Assembly (NCBI GenBank): GCA_951406725.2
Contig: OX597815.1
Coordinates: 208,816,001-208,880,000, forward strand
DNA length: 64,000 nucleotides
Direction of reading: 5' to 3'
Origin: Octopus vulgaris
Lineage: Eukaryota
Positions 50,426 through 64,000 of this stretch are shown here, piece by piece; positions within the stretch are counted from its first letter, which is position 1, and every line of letters starts with the position of its first letter. A program made the position numbers and the translations under genes. The notes beneath the pieces were generated by a model that was not told where the DNA came from, did no database searches, and saw only the letters and a program-made list of their open reading frames with translations.

Positions 50426-51462
50426 TTATAAAAGAAAACACTTGCACACGGTGCTACGCAGTGAGATTGAACCCGGAACCAAGTGGTCGGGTAGCAAGCT
50501 TCTTACCACACTGCTATGCTTACACCTATAATTACCAAGATTTCAATATTCATTGTTCCATTGTAGCATGGTTTGGATAGTTTGTCATAGAGGAAGGAGT
50601 ACCACCGCTTGTCTTTTATTTTTTCTCATAATCTCATTTCTGGGGTCAATTATCTTGGAATCTGATTCCAGAATTTCCCTTTTCATCCCCATTATCTTTG
50701 ATCCTTCATTTCTATGAAGTACCTTATACTCACAGCATTCAACACCTGTCTTCTAAAGTTTTGTTGCCCACTTACATCAGATACCCATACAAGCACACAT
50801 CTCTCTCTCTCTCCTCCCTCCCTCCCTCCCTCCCTCCCTCTAGTTCCCTACAGTTTTGTCAGCCCCTTTCAGCTTTTATTTCCAGCTATTTAATATCAGA
50901 CATTGAATAGAGCACATCAGTCCCCTTTCTATGCAACCTCCCATATATTTATCATTTTGGTAAAATCTTAACATTCTTCAAACATCCACAAACATCTTTC
51001 TAATTTAATATGATTCTTCTATTCTTACTCTGCAATCAAATCTCAAAGTGTCTTTCTCCAAAGTCTTTGTTTAATGATTCCAAAAGTCAGCTGCTTTTTG
51101 CAGCCAATCTCTCTTTCTTTCTCTCTGCTACCTTTGTAAATGATGAAAATGTTAATTGCTGATGAGTTTTTCTTAATAGCTGTTACACCTACGCTACAAG
51201 ATACTGGACATTGTCTTCATTATTTAGAAATATTACCTTCATTTTGTGTTTGCAGGTGGAATAATGCAAAGTGAATCAGACACTTTTCAACCATATATTT
51301 GTAGAACTGTCTCATTAGAAATAGAATGTGCACATAATAAGTTCTGCTGCATATTTAAATTATTTCCATTAAGTTAGCTCTTGAATCAATCCTCTTTTAG
51401 CTGAAACTGTACTGAGAACGTTACCCCAGCTAATCTGTTTTATTAAAAAATAATAGTAGTAT

Positions 51463-51624
51463 AGGCGCAGGCATGGCTGTGTGGTAAGTAGCTTGTTTAC
51501 CAACCACATGGTTCCGGGTTCAGTCCCACTGCGTGGCATCTTGGGCAAGTGTCTTCTACTATAGCCTCGGGCCGACCAAAGCATTGTGAATGGATTTGGT
51601 AGACGGAAACTGAAAGAAGCCCGT

Positions 51625-51671
<47 letters not shown>

Positions 51672-51870
51672 CTGTGTTTGTCCCCCTAGCATTGCTTGAC
51701 AACCGATGCTGGTGTGTTTGTGTCCCCGTTACTTAGCGGTTCGGCAAAAGAGACCGATAGAATAAGTACTGGGCTTACAAAGGAATAAGTCCCGGGGTCG
51801 AGTTGCTCGATAAAAGGCGGTGCTCCAGCATGGCCGCAGTCAAATGACTGAAACAAGTAAAACAGTAACA
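51463..51870 (+). mobile_element. SINE family A
   Basis: Full-length match. Confidence 0.9.
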
Positions 51871-52694
51871 GTATCCACATATTTTATTAGTAGTTAATAG
51901 CATTTTAGTATTAGTAAGCTGTTTTAGTTGTTTCATCTCAAGTCAGCATTGATTTAGTAGATGCATTATTGAAGGTGTTAAAGCTATGACCATCCATATG
52001 TCTGTATGTTTTTAGACATAGTGCATATTGAATGCATCTGAAGGTTTTTTTTTTTTAAAGATGGTAGGTGTTGGTCTGACTGTGTGGTTAAGATGTCCCC
52101 TTTGGAATCATGTGGACCGGGGTTCACTCCCACTGTATGGGCACCTCTTGTTGCTGTCCTGTATTGTAACCGCAGGTTAACCAATAGTTTTATGAATAAA
52201 ATACCCTTGATAGAAACTGGAAGAAACCTGTCATCTGTGTGCATGTGTGTGTGTGTGTGTATGACTCTTGTGTTGGTGTGTGCTTACTGATTTGTAAACA
52301 AATTGATATTTCATTCAAACCTTGACTTTTTCTTTTTTTTCCTTTTTTTTTTTGTAGTGTTGTGTGAAAGTATATCTGAGGTGTTTTATTGTTCAATAGA
52401 CTAAGGTAAATATTAGCTTACATGGAAACAGGTGAAGAATGGTGATAGGAGGAGCTTCTGGACATTGAAAAATCTACATCAATGAAACCCTATTGGCCTC
52501 TTAACCCTTACTTTTCCATAAAAGCATGGAAAAGTAAGAGTTATAAGCAATGCGGATGATTAGCTGTTAGTGACAGGAACAACCTTTCTACCAAATATTA
52601 GATTATTTCTGCAGTGCCACATCAAAGAACCTGCATGTGTGGTGCCATGTAAGAGCTCCCATACAGTCCCACATAAAGCGCCTGTAGAATGCCA

Positions 52695-53665
52695 CGTAAA
52701 AGTGCATGTGTGACACAACATAAAAGTGCCTGTGTGACACAACGTAAAAGTGCCTGTGTGATACAACGTAAAAGTGCCCGTGTGATACAACATAAAAGTG
52801 TCTGTGTGACACAACATAAAAGTGCCTATGTGACACAACATAAAAGTGTCTGTGTGACACAACATAAAAGTGTCTGTGTGACACAACATAAAAGTGTCTG
52901 TGTGACACAACATAAAAGTGCCTGTGTGACACAACATAAAAGTGCCTGTGTGATACAACATAAAAGTGCCTGTGTGACACAACATAAAAGTGCCTATGTG
53001 ACACAACATAAAAGTGCCTGTGTGATACAACGTAAAAGTGCCTGTGTGACACAACGTAAAAGTGCCTGTGTGATACAACGTAAAAGTGCCTGTGTGATAC
53101 AACATAAAAGTGCCTGTGTGACACAACGTAAAAGTGCCTGTGTGACACAACATAAAAGTGCCTGTGTGACACAACGTAAAAGTGCCTGTGTGATACAACG
53201 TAAAAGTGCCTGTGTGATACAACATAAAAGTGCCTGTGTGACACAACGTAAAAGTGCCTGTGTGATACAACGTAAAAGTGCCTGTGTGATACAACATAAA
53301 AGTGCCTGTGTGACACAACGTAAAAGTGCCTGTGTGACACAACATAAAAGTGCCTGTGTGACACAACGTAAAAGTACCTGTGTGATACAACGTAAAAGTG
53401 CCTGTGTGATACAACATAAAAGTGCCTGTGTGACACAACGTAAAAGTGCCTGTGTGATACAACATAAAAGTGCCTGTGTGACACAACATAAAAGTGCCTA
53501 TGTGACACAACATAAAAGTGCCTGTGTGACACAACATAAAAGTGCCTGTGTGACACAACGTAAAAGTGCCTGTGTGATACAACGTAAAAGTGCCTGTGTG
53601 ATACAACATAAAAGTGCCTGTGTGACACAACATAAAAGTGCTTGTGTGACACAACGTAAAAGTGC
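52695..53665. repeat. 24-bp minisatellite (about 40 units) inside a family B-like retroposon
   Basis: Unit TAAAAGTGCCTGTGTGA(C/T)ACAAC(A/G); grades into GTGCCACGTAGAAGCAC and the family B tail (53770-53945). Confidence 0.93.
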
Positions 53666-56032
53666 CTGTAAAGTGCCACGTAGAAGCACTGGTGCAGTGT
53701 CACATAAAAAATGCCAGTGCAGTGTTACATAAGAAGTGCTCATGTGGTTCCACAGAAAAGCACCCAAGACACTCTTTGAAGTGGTTGGCATTAGGAAGGG
53801 CATCCAGCTGTAGAAACCGAGCTAAATCAGACTGGAGTGTGGTGCAGCTCCCTAGCTTGCATGCTTTGGTTGAACTGTCCAACCCTTGTCAGCATGGTCA
53901 ATGGACGTTAACTGATGATGATGACGATGATGATGATGATGATGGTGATAATGACCCAACTTAACTTGGATGTGCTGTTTTGAATGTCGAAGGCTGTGGT
54001 AATAGTCCGGAGAAATCATCTCATATAGAAATTAAGAGCTGAAAAAAGCAGAAATTGTATTGGCAGATGAAATTCCATTAGCACCAGTGGATGAGACTGT
54101 TGCATCACATAATTTCTACTTCAAGAACAGACACCCTACCACCAAATGCCAGATTGAAAAAATCTGTCAAAATGATACAATCTATACTGACTAAGCAGTC
54201 AGTGATGTCATGGAAAGCAGCAAGGCTGTGTAAAACTTTGTTATTTCTGCCAGAAGTAGCCTTTATAGTGAATAGTAATTTGTGCATCCAACTTAATGTG
54301 GATGTGTTATTTTGAATGCCTTATGTGGGTGGTGGTCCTTCAGCTTAAAATGACCCGACTTTGGCTAATCATTTGTGTTGTTTTCTTCTCTTGTATGAAT
54401 TTCTTTCTTGCGTATGAATATTTTACAGCAGGTCATGCTGAACTCATTAATTTTTCAGATTCCTTTAAATTGCGCCATGCTAGCACCCTCCAGTATCATT
54501 GGAGGTCGACAAGTTTTGAAGCTTTATTCTAATTTCATTGCAATAAGGTGTGGATATGATTCTCTAGTTAAGAAATTAGCTTTGCAAGTATGTGACATTA
54601 AAGTCAGCTTTTCCTGTGTGGCCCCTTGGGTAGGTGTCTGTTACCATTGCTTTGAGTTGACGAATGTATTGTGATTACAACTTGGAACTCAGAAATTGTA
54701 GAGAACCCTATCGTATCTGTGTATCTGTGTTTCCATGTCTGTGCATCTTTTGCATGATACTGCTTATTCTGCAGGGTTGATGTTTATATCTCATGCAAAC
54801 AAGAAGTTTTGCTGTTTAGTGTAACATGCACAAAGTCATGCAATAAAATATCTCTCTTGGAAGCCTGTAAAAGGTCAAGCTTAGGAAGGCCGACTAGTCA
54901 CAGTACATTCCCGTAACAAGTCGTTTCCAACTCATGCCAGCAATTAAACATTTACTGATGATGAAGCTAATAACGAAGGCAGCGATGTCGATGAGTTTAT
55001 GCTCTTCTAGTTTCTGTTGCATTCAATTTATTCCATTGTTTAACTAAAGGACTATAACCATTATCTTAGATGAGCCTGAGACATTGTAATTTATCTGATA
55101 GGGTTGCTTCTTAATGAATAAATTCAAGTACTTTCATTTCACAATGTAAGTACTGCAAATGCCCTTTTATCTGTAGCACTTCAGATATCAGCGCATTCAA
55201 GAATGCTCAGGGTTCCATATTGTTAATTAGCTTCAAGGTGCATGTTTTAAAAGATTTGCTATTTAAATTACCGTCTTCACAAAAATTTCATTAGAAGGTT
55301 ATTGGCATTGAACATCAATTGTTATAGGCTTCTTCACAACTATATGCCAAACAGTGTGTTGAGCTTAGTATTCAAGGATTAGCTTCATCCATATACTTTT
55401 AAGTAGATGAACCAGCCTCGGTGATGTCACTGAACCTGTTAGAAATAGAAGTCAGATGTTTCAAACTACACCTAATGCCTTAAAAATAGAAGCGGACACA
55501 TTGAACATTGTATTGGTATGCACCCACCCCTAAAAGAAAAGGCTGAAATATCCCTAGCCCTTTTGATACCAACTCTCCTTAGAATGCACTTGGTTTTCAG
55601 TACTTGTGTCTCTGTCTTAAAGACACCTAACTAAAAACAAATTACACAAAAAAGAAAAAAACAAAAAAAAAATAACAAATAGAAACACTGCATCAAAATT
55701 TCATTATAAATTTATGTTCCAATCACTAGCAGAGTAGTTGCAGTTATTTCATTAAATTCTTCATTAATTTCAAAAAAATAAGACAGTGTATTTCCACAGG
55801 AATATGTTTATCAAAAAGTTAATTGCAGATCAGGGCTGACCTAGTGATCACAGCATCAACCACTGCAATTAATAAAGAAAAGCTTAATTGTCTTATTAAA
55901 CCTTTCCAAATTACGAAAATGAATTTGGCCTTTTGATACCAACCTACTCGAAACTAATTTTGGTTTTTATGATATAAAGTTACTGTTTAAAGTGACCTAG
56001 GTTTAAAACTTTCCATCAAAATACCATATTTA

Positions 56033-56243
56033 TTCTTTTACTTGTTTCAGTCATTTGACTGCAGCCATGCTGGAGCACCGCTTTTAATCGAGCAACTTGA
56101 CCCCGGGACTTATTCTTTTGTAAGCCCAGTACTTATTCTATCGGTCTCTTTTACCGAACCGCTAAGTAACGGGGACATAAACACACCAGCATCGGTTGTC
56201 AAGCAATGCTAGGGGGACAAACACAGGCACACAAACACACACA

Positions 56244-56291
<48 letters not shown>

Positions 56292-56457
56292 TACGACGGG
56301 CTTCTTTCAGTTTCCGTCTACCAAATCCACTCACAAGGCTTTGGTCGACCCGAGGCTATAGTAGAAGACACTTGCCCAAGATGCCACGCAGTGGGATTGA
56401 ACCCGGAACCATGTGGTTGGTAAACAAGCTACTTACCACACAGCCACTCCTGCGCCT
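56033..56457 (-). mobile_element. SINE family A
   Basis: Full-length match. Confidence 0.9.
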
Positions 56458-56746
56458 ATATATTTGTTTATTTCCCAAACACTAGCTCAATATAATAGTT
56501 GTTTTACTCAATTTAGCTTTGAATTAATTATGTATTGCCTCTGAGCTTCGAGATTTTGATGATGTGACTGTTTATTTTTAAATTGACATTGTATGGGAGG
56601 TGTGAAAGGCAAGATCTAACCAGTTTGAATATAAAACTTAGAATATCTCAGCTGGATGTGGCCAGTTTAAATGCTAAAGGGTTAAAACAAAGGTTGGGTG
56701 CTTCAACAGAAATATGGTAAGGAAAGGATTAAAACACATGGACTAT

Positions 56747-57081
56747 AGGCATAGGAGTAGCTGTGTGGTAAGTAGCTTGCTTATGAACCACATGGTTCTG
56801 GGTTCAGTCCCAATGTGTGGCGCCTTGGGCAAGTGTCTACTATAGCCTCGGGCCAACCAAAGCCTTTTGAGTGGATTTGGTAGACAGAAACTGAAAGAAG
56901 CCCGTTGTATATATGTATATATGCGGGTGTGTTTACATCCCCGTAACTTAGCAGTTCGGCAAAAGACACTGATAGAATAAGTACTAGGCTTACGAAGAAT
57001 AAGTCCTGGGGTTGATTTACTTGACTAAAAGGCGGTGCTCCAGCGTGGCCAAAGTAAAATGACTGAAACAAGTAAAAGAGT
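56747..57081 (+). mobile_element. SINE family A (internal deletion)
   Basis: Head and tail match. Confidence 0.87.
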
Positions 57082-57586
57082 ATTTATCATGGAAATGTGG
57101 ATCATGGAAGGATTAGTTAGAATTCAGGTTTGTACTTAGTTCTGTACTCTGATGCCTTCTAATCGAGAACTTCGACTCCATACAAACTTCTGTTTATGTC
57201 CTGCTTTTGTGGATAGATCTTGGTTGGAAACTCTGACCAGGAATTTTCAGCGGTTCAATCAACCAAATTACATGGTCATTGAATGAGGGTGCAAATGACT
57301 GATGATTCCATTAACGCATGTACCCTTATTATAATTCTCAGACAGAATGAGTGGGACTCAGTATATGACAAAGTTGGTCTTCTGAATTTACACATTGAAT
57401 TGGTCTGAGAAAATTCCACACTGCTTAACGTTTCATTCATGAGCTATGAATCTGACCTGGGGCTTATAGAAACTAACTATTGCTCAAAATGCCACCCAGT
57501 AAAATCAAACCTATAACCTTAAAGGTTTGAAACTTACTAAAAATTCAACCATACTGCACTTCCAGTATGTATCTTATTCTATTGGT

Positions 57587-57804
57587 CTCTTTTACTCTTT
57601 TACTTGTTTCAGTCATCTGACCGCGGCCATGCTGGAGCACCGCCTTTTAATCGAGCAACTCGACCCCGGGACTTATTCTTTTTGTAAGCCTAGTACTTAT
57701 TCTATCGCACTCTTTTGCCGAACCGCTAAGTTACGGGGACACAAACACACCAGCATCTGTTGTTAAGCAATGCTAGGGGGACAAACGCAGACACACAAAC
57801 ACAT

Positions 57805-57837
<33 letters not shown>

Positions 57838-58009
57838 CATATTTATGATGGGCTTCTTTCAGTTTCCGTCTACCAAATCCACTTACAAGGCTTTGGTCGG
57901 CCCGAGGCTATAGTAGAAGACACTTGCCCAAGATGCTACATAGTGGGACTGAACCCGGAACCATGTGGTTAGTAAACAAGCTACTTACCACACAGCCACT
58001 CCTGCGCCT
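57587..58009 (-). mobile_element. SINE family A
   Basis: Full-length match. Confidence 0.9.
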
Positions 58010-58202
58010 ATCTTGGGGATAATTAGCTATAATTATAATTTACCTCAAGAGCTATTGTAAAAATTTTGTTAACTCCGGATTTGTTGTTCAAGTAATCCAT
58101 TATATCTCTTAGTTTTTGTAGTTTCGGTCACTCTCACTTTCTGCATGCTCTTCATTCTTTTACTTCTTTTACTCATTGAACTCATCTAAATTTAGTATAG
58201 TA

Positions 58203-58754
58203 TTGGGTTGTCCAGAAAGTTCGTGCCGATTTTTAAAGGAGAGAAAAAGGTCAATAAATACTTGCCATTACATTTTTAATCAACCAAATATGAACCATAT
58301 TGTTGCAGAATGTGTCTCCATCTTTCCTTTAACTTGAAAATACCCTCTTCCCAGAATTCAGGTGGTTTCATGGCAAAGAATTCATCAAGGTATCTTTTTA
58401 CATCATCCAAGGAATTGAAATTTTTACCATTAAGACTATTCTGCACAGACCTGAATAAGTGGAAATCCAAAGGAGCAATATCTGGTGAATATGGAGGGTG
58501 GGGTAACACATCCCAGCCGAGCTGCAGCAATTTTTGTCTGGTTCCCAAAGCATCAAGTGCCGAAAATGAACTTTCTTGTTTTCCACTTTAAAAGGTTACA
58601 GAATTAACACAGGTTATAGGAACATAAACCTTCTTTCACGAAAAGATAGCTTAAACTGTGCTCTAAATGGAGGTGTAGTCAAATCCTATTTTATGGACTC
58701 AACCATGTTCTAAAATAAGTCAAAAGGTAAGCACGAACTTTCCGGACAACCCAA
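58203..58754 (-). mobile_element. Internally deleted mariner transposon
   Basis: TA-flanked TIRs TTGGGTTGTCCAGAAAGTTCGTGC / GCACGAACTTTCCGGACAACCCAA. N-terminus MENKKVHFRHLML is fused out of frame to the C-terminus LGWDVLPHPPYSPDIAPLDFHLFRSVQN..WEEGIFKLKERW..GSYLVD. Confidence 0.93.
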
Positions 58755-60532
58755 TATTTCACAATTTTTCCTAACTCTTTGCTGCTGACTGAGACCCCAA
58801 CAAATTTCAAGTGTTCTGGATTGTTTTCTTTTGGTTCTCCTCGTAGAAAAAAGAAAAAAGAAAAGTTTAAAAAAGAAGAATTAACTGTTGTAAATTTTAT
58901 GCAGAACAACTCCTAACAATTGTGTCTTGGTTTTACACACTACTAGTTGAATTTGAGTTGACCATGAAATACTTATTTCATGATTCTTGGAATTAAGATC
59001 AAAATATTACACCGACAACTGCAAATCTCAGTTGATAAATTTACTTACTTTCCTCATAAATAATCAATATCTGAGACTAAGGTAAGATATTGAATCACTT
59101 GAATGTTGATTTGAAGTAATATTCAATCATTTTCACTTCTTTAACACTTTCACAGCCAATATCGCTAATGGAATAGACTATGTTTCATTTAATTTTGGAA
59201 ATACTCAAGAATGTGAACGTATTTAGTAATATAACTAACTTTGTTTCATTATTGAACTTGTGTTGGAAACATAATTTAGCAAAGAGTTTTTAGATAAAAT
59301 TAGAAGAAAAAGTTTTTTATTCAAATAGATAGTTTCATACAATAGAACTAGCGGCAGTTTCAACTGGATAGGTATTAAAAGAGCTTAAATGAAACTGTAG
59401 CAGTGCTTTAATACCTTCATTGCTCACTCTCTGATTGTCTGTCTGTTAGTCACTCTTGTTTCACTTTCACTTTGTGTCTACCATTCATCTCTATACTTAT
59501 TTTCATATATCTTTTTACTCATATGAATATCCGAAAGTTACAGCTTTTCTGATTACAAATTACTTGGAAACTTGTTAAATATTTTAAGTGGATTATTTTC
59601 TTGCTAATTTTCCTATTTTTGAAATGGAAAACGGAAAGAAAGAAAGAAAGGAAGAAAGGACTAAAAAACGAATTTTAACTATCCCAATAATTTCTCAGAC
59701 ATTTCTCTTGCTACAAAGATCTTTAAAATTGTGTCTAGAAAACACTGCAGTATCTTCACACATTTCTATAATAATCTTGTTTGTGTGACAGTAACACCAT
59801 TTTAGGTCTGAAGATAAACTGAATTTTCTTTCATTTAATGAAAAAAGAAATGGAAAAACAGCAAAAGCATATGCATATATATATATATGAAGATGCCTCT
59901 GTGTCTGAGTAACTGTTTGATCATAGTTTCATAAACTGTATTCTTCTCCCAATTTTCCCTCCTATTAGCTTCCCTCCAGCTTTTCTATTATTTTCCAGAA
60001 GATTGCAAATTAAACTCCCCCACACTTCCCATCGATATATTTCTCAGCTCAGCAAGACATGTCTCCATATTAACCAGGATGCTGTGAGAAAAATGTTGAG
60101 TCCTACTCATTCTTTTCTTCAAAAACTTAGATGCTTCTAGTTCTTACTTTTTTAGTAAATAAATTAGGATGTGTTACATCTGTTGTGGTATACATATTAG
60201 CAAAATTATGTGACAGTTCCCAGGAATGTTCACCTATCTGTACATGGGAAGGTGTTCGTACACACACACACATATACATACATGTGTGTGTGTGTGTGTT
60301 TAGGCAAACATTATTTAAAACTGTTTGATTTGGTTCCGTGCTACTTCAAATTTTGTAGGCCCTTAACAGGAGCCCGATTATTTCAAGCTTCCAGAAATAT
60401 GTTGTATGCCCTTTACTTTTATTTGTCCACTCACTCAAACTTTTATATATATATTTATATATATATATATTAGAAGGTTTGGAGATGATGTACAGGTATT
60501 TTATATTAGAAGAAATGAGGTATATTACATGT

Positions 60533-60858
60533 TTGCCGCCTCGACTGGCTTCCGTGTTGGTGGCACGTAAAAAGCACCATCCGAATCGCGGCCAAAGCCA
60601 GTGCCTCCTCGACTGGCTTCCGTGCCGGTGGCACGTAAAATGCACCAATCCGACCATGGCCGATGCCAGCCTTGCCTGGCACCTGTGCAGGTGGCACGTA
60701 AAAAACACCCACTACACTCACGGAGTGGTTGGCGTCAGGAAGGGCATCCAGCTGTAGAAACATTGCCAGATAAGACTGGAGCCTGGTGCAGCCTTCTGGC
60801 TTCCCAGACGCCAGTTGAACCGTCCAACCCATGCTAGCATGGAGAACAGACGTTAAAC

Positions 60859-60896
<38 letters not shown>
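60533..60896 (+). mobile_element. Family B retroposon
   Basis: Three internal units; long (GAT)n tail. Confidence 0.87.
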
Positions 60897-60897
<1 letters not shown>

Positions 60898-61435
60898 ATA
60901 TATATATAGAGAGAGAGAGAGTTCAAATTTACCGGAAACAAAAGCAAGTGTATTAGTTTGATGCTCCGGAAGAATGGAAAAGTCTTTGACATTTCAAGCC
61001 TACCTTCTGCAAGAGAAAGGACTGAGAGGAAGCAAACATGTAGGGAATAACAATCATCCTCCCATACTTTCCATGTCTTGGACGGACAGTCACTTACCGA
61101 ATCAGTTTTTGTTTGGAGTTACTGAACATTCTAGGTCAGAATTTCTCAACTGGTGTTTCCTGGAACCCTAAGATTTGGCAAAAGGTTTCTAGGGGCTCCA
61201 CAAGAATGAGTGAAACAAACTAATGCTAATTCCAGAATTGCGTAATATTACTTATACATGCAGAACATTTTATTGGTTGTTGTAATGTAGACATCATCCT
61301 AAACCTGTTATGTTATTAAAAAAATATATCAACTGTTTGTATTGCCTCCATTCAATTTATAAATTGGAACTTAGGCTCAATTTGAGCACTTCAATTCTAG
61401 CCTGTTTCTGAGTATTGTTAATATTAACAATCTCT

Positions 61436-61797
61436 CATCATCGTCATTTAACGTCCGCTTTCCATGCTAGCATGGGTTGGACGGATCAACTGGGGTCTGG
61501 GAAGCCCGAAGGCTGCACCAGGCCAGTCAGATCTGGCAGTGTTTCTACAGCTGGATGCCCTTCCTGACGCCAACCACTCCGTGAGTGTAGTGGGTGCTTT
61601 TTATGTGCCACCGACACAGGTGCCAGATGAGGCTGGTGAATGGCTACGCTCGGATGGTGTTTTTTTTATGTGCCACAGACACAGGTGCCAGATGAGGTTG
61701 GCGAATAGCCACGCTCGGATGGTGTTTTTTATGTGCCACCGGCACGGAGGCCGGGCGAGGCTGGCACGGCCATGATCGGATGGTGTTTGTTACGTGC
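61436..61797 (-). mobile_element. Family B retroposon (63-bp unit subfamily)
   Basis: Units match those of the 12297-12801 array. Confidence 0.87.
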
Positions 61798-62087
61798 TAA
61801 TCTCTATATAAAATAATATAATTTATATATATATATTTACAATAAGTGTAGATCATATACAAGTGGGTATATATTTATAAAAAAGAAGTTTGAACATGCC
61901 ACTATATAAGATAAATTTTAATTTTCTTAGAAATTTTAAATGTTTCGGTTCTTGAAAAAACGAACCTTATCAAAAATATTTTAAAAAGTTGAGTGTAATG
62001 AAAAAAGTTCATAATTGTTTCTTACTGGTCTCAACAGAATCCATGTTGTTGTTTTTAGCTGTCTTAAGTGTCCGAATGACCAGTGGC

Positions 62088-62280
62088 TGAAATGGCAGTG
62101 GCAGCAGTGACTGTTGGTCGTAGTAGTAGTAACTGTGGTGGTGGTTGGGGTTGCAGCAGCTCATTGGTTGTTGCAGCAGCAGCAGTTGTGGAGGACTGTT
62201 GATCGTAGTAGTAATAGTAGTGACCATGGTGTTTGTAGTAGTAGTAGCAGCAGTTGTAGTGATCGTGGTGGTAGTAGTAG
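62088..62280. repeat. Cryptic trinucleotide repeat (GTA/GCA/GTG/GTT)
   Basis: Direct reading. Confidence 0.75.
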
Positions 62281-62662
62281 AATTCCCTTTTTCTTTTCGG
62301 AAGACCAATGTATTGTTTTAATATTACTGGCCCAGGGTGTTCAAACTTGGTCCGAATTTTGTAATGAAATAAAGTTCTTTATTTTGGCGTTGAGTGAAGG
62401 TTACGCAGTCACTGAATTTGTAAAGTGGGCAAGTTGTGAATTTGGGATTTTTATGTCATCATGGTCAAGTGTCTTCTGTTATAGCCTCAGGATGACCAAA
62501 TTCTGGAGTGAATCTGGTTGGCAGAAACTAAACAGAAGCTTGTTGTGTGTGCGTCTGTGTGTGTTATTTCCTCTTTTCCTTGACATCCTGTGATAGTTGT
62601 ATCACTGTCAAGCAAGTGGTGTCCTTCGTTTTTAGTCTTCCTAGACGTGTGTGGTGATGGGA

Positions 62663-63071
62663 AGGAGTGGCTGTGTGGTAAGTAGCTTGCTAACCAACCA
62701 CATGGTTCCAGGTTCAGTCCCACTGCGTGGCATCTTGGGCAAGTCTCTTCTGCTATAGCCCCGGGCCAACCAATGCCTTGTGAGTGGATTTGGCAGACGG
62801 AAACTGAAAGAAGCCTGTCGTATATATGTATATATATATGTATATAAATATATATATGTGTGTGTGTGTGTATGTGTCTGTGTTTGTCCCCGTAGCATTG
62901 CTTGACAACCGATGCTGGTGTGTTTACATCCCCGTCACTTAGCGGTTTGGCAAAAGAGACCGATAGAATAAGTACTGGGCTTACAAAGAATTAGTCCCGG
63001 GGTCGATTTGCTCGACTAAAGGTGGTGCTCCAGCATGGCCACTGTCAAATGACTGAAACAAATAAAAGAGT
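62663..63071 (+). mobile_element. SINE family A inserted in an older SINE
   Basis: Full match; older SINE pieces at about 62395-62660 and 63090-63180. Confidence 0.87.
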
Positions 63072-63873
63072 ACTCAGAAAAAGACAAGCATAAGCGACAG
63101 GAAGGGCATTTGGCCATAGAAAATCTGCCTCCACGTGACCTATGCAAGCACGAAACCACGCATGCTTAAATACGGATGATTATACTTTCTCTCAAGTGTA
63201 CATGTATCCATTTGTTTCTAGTCTTGTACCTATACTTGTCACTCAAAAATCTCATAAATATTTCTGAAAAAACAAACAAAGCCAGCCATTTTTTCTTTTC
63301 CTTTTCTGTTTTTTTTTTTCTGTTTTTTTTTTCTTTCTGTTTTTTTCTCTGTACAAATTGTTTATTTGAAATCTCTATGAAGTTTATTTTTTTTTTGTGA
63401 TTGGTGGGTGCATGTATTTAAAACTACGAAGGCATAGAAGTGCGTGTAAGTGAAAAGTGTCTATATAAAAGTACATTTATTTAATGGTGATGTTCGCTTT
63501 GCTGTTAGCTGCTATGAGAAAAAAAACTGAATAAAAAAAAATGTTTAGTGTAGTAACAATCTTGTTGATTGCAACTGCAGGGTCTGCGACGTTAGTTTGA
63601 ATAATACCTTGTTAAGTTCTGCTATCCCTTTTGGTCACATGTGATAATTTTCTATTCTGTTCTTTTCTGTTTTGGAACTTTTGAAATTTGATTTTCTTTA
63701 CCTCAGCTTTTAACTTTACTAGATTCTTTAAAAAAGAAGTTTTGTTTCATGCTGTGTGATGCAGTTCTTTGATTATAATTCCATTATATATATATATATA
63801 TATATGTATGTATACACACATAGATAGGTGTATGTATGTATACACACACACACATATATATATATACATACAC

Positions 63874-63908
<35 letters not shown>

Positions 63909-64000
63909 CAAACATGCATACATATTTTATTTTTATGTATATATATAAATTATAAATATATAAAGATTTTTTTTTACTGTTCTTTTTCTTTAACTTTTTG

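Noticed and set aside
51256-51377. Possible exon after TTTGTGTTTGCAG
   Set aside because: Acceptor only; no convincing donor and the peptide is unrecognised.
52560-53732. 364/366/347-aa ORFs; also a superficial CRISPR-like periodicity
   Set aside because: Translations of a 24-bp tandem repeat; no unique spacers and no cas genes.
58276-58548. Functional mariner transposase CDS
   Set aside because: Only the C-terminal ~90 aa remain; most of the HTH and the first catalytic residues are deleted and the frame is broken.
62009-62593. Poly-T/Q/S ORFs
   Set aside because: Cryptic trinucleotide repeat running into a decayed SINE; no splice or coding support.

Overview
AT-rich eukaryotic genomic DNA with no recognisable intact protein-coding gene. 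The tRNA-derived SINE families and dense TA/TG/TATG microsatellites point to an octopus (coleoid cephalopod) genome; this is an inference. The window looks like long intron or intergenic sequence. It contains roughly 25 copies of one tRNA-headed SINE (family A), about a dozen copies of a (GAT)n-tailed retroposon (family B) whose internal unit seeds 63-bp and 24-bp tandem arrays, and other tRNA SINEs. There are also CR1 and RTE LINE 3' fragments, mariner and maT relics, TTAA-flanked piggyBac-type MITEs, hAT-type MITEs and two non-autonomous Helitrons. Nearly all long ORFs in the track are repeat artefacts. The most notable signal is a set of Penelope-like (PLE) terminal repeats carrying minimal hammerhead-ribozyme motifs. 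One of them (1387-1841) is a TSD-bounded element in which a tRNA-like Pol III head reads without a terminator into a hammerhead, flanked by an inverted hammerhead copy, i.e. a candidate PLE-mobilised ribozyme SINE. On the + strand there are also a candidate recursive splice site (CAG|GTAAGT at 36697) and three candidate small exons in TE-poor islands.
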